Assembly (NCBI GenBank): GCA_031370785.1
Contig: JANMQY010000016.1
Coordinates: 69,711-133,710, forward strand
DNA: 64,000 bases
Source: Candidatus Eiseniibacteriota bacterium
GTDB taxonomy: Bacteria > Eisenbacteria > RBG-16-71-46
Direction: 5' to 3'
Shown here: piece after piece, positions 60,533-64,000 of the stretch
How the letters are laid out: each line of letters begins with the position of its first letter
Position numbering within the stretch: position 1 is the first letter of the stretch
The notes under the pieces: model-generated
Seen by the model: the letters and a program-made list of their open reading frames with translations, nothing else
Told to the model about the DNA's origin: nothing
Database searches by the model: none
Translations under genes and position numbers: made by a program

Positions 60533-62160
60533 CCGGTCGTCTCCTCTCCCACCTCATGCTGGTCGCCTTTGCCGCGACAGCGCATGCGCAGGTGCGCGAG
60601 ATCGGGGACGGCGGGCGGCCGCTGATCATCCAGGCCCCGGCGACCGACCGGAGCGGGCGCGTCGCCGCCGCGCTCGATGCTGCGCACGTCGTCCGGCTGC
60701 ACGTCGCGCTTCGCCTGCGCGATCAGGGCCTGCTCCGCGCGTCCCGCGACTCGCTTGCCCGGCTGCTTTCCGAGGTGCCGCATCATCCGCTGATCCTCAC
60801 CGAGCTCGCGCGAGTCGAGCTCGACCAGTCCAACTGGACGACGGTGCGGCGCCTTGCGATCGAGGAGCGCGCCTTCCAGAAGGACTCGGTGCTTCTCGGC
60901 CGCGAGCTGTGCGAAGCCTACGAGCGTCTCGGCCAGCCGACCGATGCCGCGAAGATCGCGATCGAGGCGTGGGCGGCCTCGCCGCTCGAGAGCGAGTGGG
61001 CCCTTCAAACCGTGTTGCGCCTCACGCCGGCCGATCCGCGCGCGGTGCGTGAGGCGCTGCGCCGCGCGGCGCTCGCCGCGCCCGTCCGCACCGATCTTGC
61101 GCGCGGCCTGGCCCGGCTCGAGTGGCGAGGTGGAGACGCGAAGGCGATGGTGCGCGCACTGGCCGGGGCCGATCACGCCGGATCGAGGGTGCCGCAGCGC
61201 TGGACCTTCGCCGAGGAGCTGGTGCGCAGCGGCGTGACCCGCGACACCACCGGGGCGATCGAAGCGCTGCTCGACATGGCCGCGGACCGTTCCCTCGCGG
61301 CCGGTGTGCGCGCCTCGACCGCGCGCCGAGCGTGGGATCTCGCCACTTTCGCGACCACGCCGCGCGATCTGGCGCCGCGGCTCGCCGCCGCGCTTCACGA
61401 CATCCCGACGCGCGAGTGGGACGCGGGGTTGCGCCTGGATCTGGCGCGCCACCTGCGCGAGAGCGGCCGCACCGCCGAGGCCCGCGCTCTGCTCTCCGAC
61501 ACCGGCGGACCCGCGGCTTCCGATCCCGGCCTCGAGCTCGAGCGGGCTCTGGCCGATCTGCGCGACGGACCGCCGGACCGCGCGCTTCCGGCGCTGCGCG
61601 CGACCGCGGAGCGCTCGGACGAGGGCGCATTCCGTTACGCCGAAGCACTGTTCTTCGCCGGCGAGATGGACTCGTCTGCCGCGTGGTACACGCGCGTGGC
61701 GAAAGATCCGGCGGGCCGCTTCACCGGGGCCGCGCTCGAGCGGCTGTATCTCATCGAGGATGCGCGGCCGAAAGAAGCCATGATCGGCTTCGGGCGGGCG
61801 GCGTACGCGGCATGGCGCGGCGATGGCGCCCGCGCGACCGCGCTCACCGATTCGCTCTACCGGGCGCTGCCGCACGGCGCGATGTGGGCACATGCTGCGA
61901 TCCAGCTGAGCGCGCTCCGCGAAGCGGGCGACCCTCGCGCGGCGCTGGCACCGCTGCTGGCGGTGGCCGACTCACTTCCCTCAGACCGGCTGGCGCCACT
62001 CGCGCGTCAGAAGGCGGGCGACCTGTATCTGTCGCGGCTTCACGACGAGGCTCACGCGATCGAGCAGTACGAAGAATGTCTGGCGCGCTACCCTCGCGCG
62101 TGGAACGCACCCGAGGTACGCCGCCGGCTGGATCAGCTGCGGCGCGACCGGCGCCTCTAG
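60529..62160 (+). CDS. Exported TPR-repeat protein
   Basis: Signal peptide ending AHA; TPR-like FRYAEALFFAGE, AIEQYEECLARYP; ATGA overlap with the upstream gene. Confidence 0.8.
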   Translation: MTGRLLSHLMLVAFAATAHAQVREIGDGGRPLIIQAPATDRSGRVAAALDAAHVVRLHVALRLRDQGLLRASRDSLARLLSEVPHHPLILTELARVELDQSNWTTVRRLAIEERAFQKDSVLLGRELCEAYERLGQPTDAAKIAIEAWAASPLESEWALQTVLRLTPADPRAVREALRRAALAAPVRTDLARGLARLEWRGGDAKAMVRALAGADHAGSRVPQRWTFAEELVRSGVTRDTTGAIEALLDMAADRSLAAGVRASTARRAWDLATFATTPRDLAPRLAAALHDIPTREWDAGLRLDLARHLRESGRTAEARALLSDTGGPAASDPGLELERALADLRDGPPDRALPALRATAERSDEGAFRYAEALFFAGEMDSSAAWYTRVAKDPAGRFTGAALERLYLIEDARPKEAMIGFGRAAYAAWRGDGARATALTDSLYRALPHGAMWAHAAIQLSALREAGDPRAALAPLLAVADSLPSDRLAPLARQKAGDLYLSRLHDEAHAIEQYEECLARYPRAWNAPEVRRRLDQLRRDRRL

Positions 62161-62168
62161 GAGAGCGG

Positions 62169-63737
62169 ATGTTCCGTCTGGGAATTCCCGGCGTCACGGG
62201 TTCGCGAGCTCCGCGCGTGCGGCGCTTCCATCCCGCGGCCGCCATCGTGCTGGCCCCACTCGCGCTGCTGCTCGCCCTGTTCGCGCTCGTCACCCTCGGG
62301 CTCGCGCTGGCGCTGGGTCGCGGCCGCAGTCGGTCGGTATGGTTCGCGGGAACCGGTCCGGGCACGCCCGGACCCGAAGGCGAAGCGGGTTCCGCGGGCG
62401 CCGTCCCGCCGCACGCTGAGTCCGTGGACGGCGAAGCTTCACGACCGCGCGAGCGCTCCTATGCCGAGGTGGTCGAGGCATGGCCGATCGTCCTGTTCGC
62501 GGCGCTCGCGCTGGGCGGCATGAGCGCGCCCGCTCCCGCGCACGCGAAGCTGCTGGTGCCGATGGATGAAAAACAGACCGACCATCTCAAGGCCTACGGC
62601 TTCACCTACTGGGCGCTGACCCGCGGCGCGAAGGCGGAGTGGCTTCTCAATTACCGCGGCGGCTCGTTCCTGCTGCCAGACGGCGCCGAGATGCAGCGCG
62701 AGGCCAACCTGCGCGGCGTCTCGTACGAGCCGATGGGCGGAGCGGCCGAGGCCACGATGCGCGCCGAGATCGCCGACAACAACATGGAGGCGGTCGCGCT
62801 CGAGAAGCCGCCGCGGGTCGCGGTCTACATTCCACCCAACACGCCTCCCTGGGACGACGCGGTGACGCTCGCGCTCAAGTACGCGGACATTCCCTACGCG
62901 ACGGTGTGGGATCAGGAGGTGCTCCAGGGCGGACTCGCGAAGTATGACTGGCTGCACCTGCACCACGAGGACTTCACCGGCCAGCACGGCAAGTTCTACG
63001 GCGCCTATCACGCCTTCCCCTGGTATCAGGAGGAGGAGGCGGTGCAGCGCGCGATGGCGGCGAAAATGGGATTCGCGAAGGTGTCCGAGCTCAAGGCCGC
63101 GGTCGCGGTCGCGATCAAGGACTTCATCGGGCACGGCGGGTTCATGTTCGGCATGTGCTCGGCCACCGACACCTACGACATCGCCCTCGCAGCGCAGGGC
63201 GTCGACATCAGCGACTTCGTGTACGACGGCGATCCACCGGATCCACTCGCGCAGCGCAAGCTGGATTTCTCGCGCACGCTCGCGTTCCGCGACTTCCGCC
63301 TCGAGACCGATCCGATCGTCTACCGGTTCTCGGACATCGACGTGACCCAGGAGGCTTCGCTGCGCGGGCCGAATGCGGTGTTCACGCTGTTCGACTTCTC
63401 GGCCAAGAACGACCCGGTGCCAAGCATGCTGGTGCAGAATCACGTGAGCGCCGTCCCCGAGTTCCTCGGACAGAGCACGGGATTCCGCCGCCAGCGCATC
63501 AAGAGCGGCGTGCTCGACCTGGCCGAGGTCGAGGGCACCGACGAGGTGAAATACCTGCACGGGCAGTACGGGCGCGGCACGTTCACGTTCCTCGGCGGCC
63601 ACGATCCCGAGGATTATCAGCACATGGTGGGGGATCCGCCGACCGATCTCTCGAAGTACCGCCACTCGCCCGGCTACCGCCTGATCCTCAACAACGTGCT
63701 GTTCCCCGCCGCGGAGAAGAAGAAACAGCGCACCTGA
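62169..63737 (+). CDS. Conserved exported protein of unknown function (family often labelled asparagine synthetase B in FCB-group genomes), with an extra N-terminal membrane segment
   Basis: QTDHLKAYG, WLLNYRGGSF, PWDDAVTL, DWLHLHHEDFTGQ, MCSATD, GHDPEDYQH, SPGYRLILNNVLFPAA; true start may be near 62468. Confidence 0.75.
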   Translation: MFRLGIPGVTGSRAPRVRRFHPAAAIVLAPLALLLALFALVTLGLALALGRGRSRSVWFAGTGPGTPGPEGEAGSAGAVPPHAESVDGEASRPRERSYAEVVEAWPIVLFAALALGGMSAPAPAHAKLLVPMDEKQTDHLKAYGFTYWALTRGAKAEWLLNYRGGSFLLPDGAEMQREANLRGVSYEPMGGAAEATMRAEIADNNMEAVALEKPPRVAVYIPPNTPPWDDAVTLALKYADIPYATVWDQEVLQGGLAKYDWLHLHHEDFTGQHGKFYGAYHAFPWYQEEEAVQRAMAAKMGFAKVSELKAAVAVAIKDFIGHGGFMFGMCSATDTYDIALAAQGVDISDFVYDGDPPDPLAQRKLDFSRTLAFRDFRLETDPIVYRFSDIDVTQEASLRGPNAVFTLFDFSAKNDPVPSMLVQNHVSAVPEFLGQSTGFRRQRIKSGVLDLAEVEGTDEVKYLHGQYGRGTFTFLGGHDPEDYQHMVGDPPTDLSKYRHSPGYRLILNNVLFPAAEKKKQRT

Positions 63738-64000
63738 GCGCACCGGATCTTCGCCCGGCGAAGCCGCCCCACGTCTGACCTCGGGCGGATCCCCCCTGGC
63801 GCCCCGCGCCAACCGCCCCATCGCTTGCGCCGCGCAATCCTTTTCGCGACAGGGCGAGCCGCGTCGCCTTGCGCCACGCACTTCACATCGGCTATCGCGC
63901 ACGATCGCCGCCGTTTCTTAGTGCACCATCTGCTCGCGGCGCCCTGCGCGTTCTCGCCCGGACCCGATGGCTGCAGGCTGCGCCGCAAGCGGTTGGCGCC

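Noticed and set aside
62169..63737. Calling the last gene asnB
   Set aside because: Lacks the N-terminal Cys Ntn domain and the SGGxDS motif seen in the real asnB-family gene at 46429-48402
63738..64000. Non-coding tail with small palindromes, ending in TTGGCGCC
   Set aside because: Could be the start of another regulatory region, but it is truncated by the window edge and cannot be evaluated

Overview
A very GC-rich (~70% by eye) bacterial chromosomal segment made mostly of housekeeping and cell-envelope genes. I saw no tRNA, rRNA, CRISPR array, transposase or prophage. Recognisable blocks: a c-di-GMP/histidine-kinase operon (1-5.1 kb); tsaD-cutA; a hydrazine-synthase-alpha-like c-type heme protein; GT-C glycosyltransferase and osmC; a sigma54 activator; OPT transporter and msrA; a complete F1Fo ATP synthase operon; peptidases; a ferredoxin/FNR/2-oxoacid:ferredoxin oxidoreductase/persulfide dioxygenase block; NTase-like-TPM-lemA; guaB-GT-C-asnB; and secD-secF followed by a DUF4159/DUF4175-like envelope cluster. 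Signals the ORF track misses: (1) an exported thioredoxin-TPR gene split by an in-frame TGA exactly at the redox motif (W-U-H-T-C), with a SECIS-like hairpin, so a probable selenoprotein; (2) four sigma54 -24/-12 promoter motifs, two of which precede no credible ORF and may drive undescribed small RNAs (12.7-12.9 kb, next to a sigma54 activator; 52.5-52.65 kb, C-rich); (3) an intact but catalytically eroded chemosensory-like operon (MCP-like, CheA-CheY-like, REC-GAF-HD-like); (4) an apparent AtpI-subunit a fusion. All product calls come from motif recognition by eye, not from database searches.
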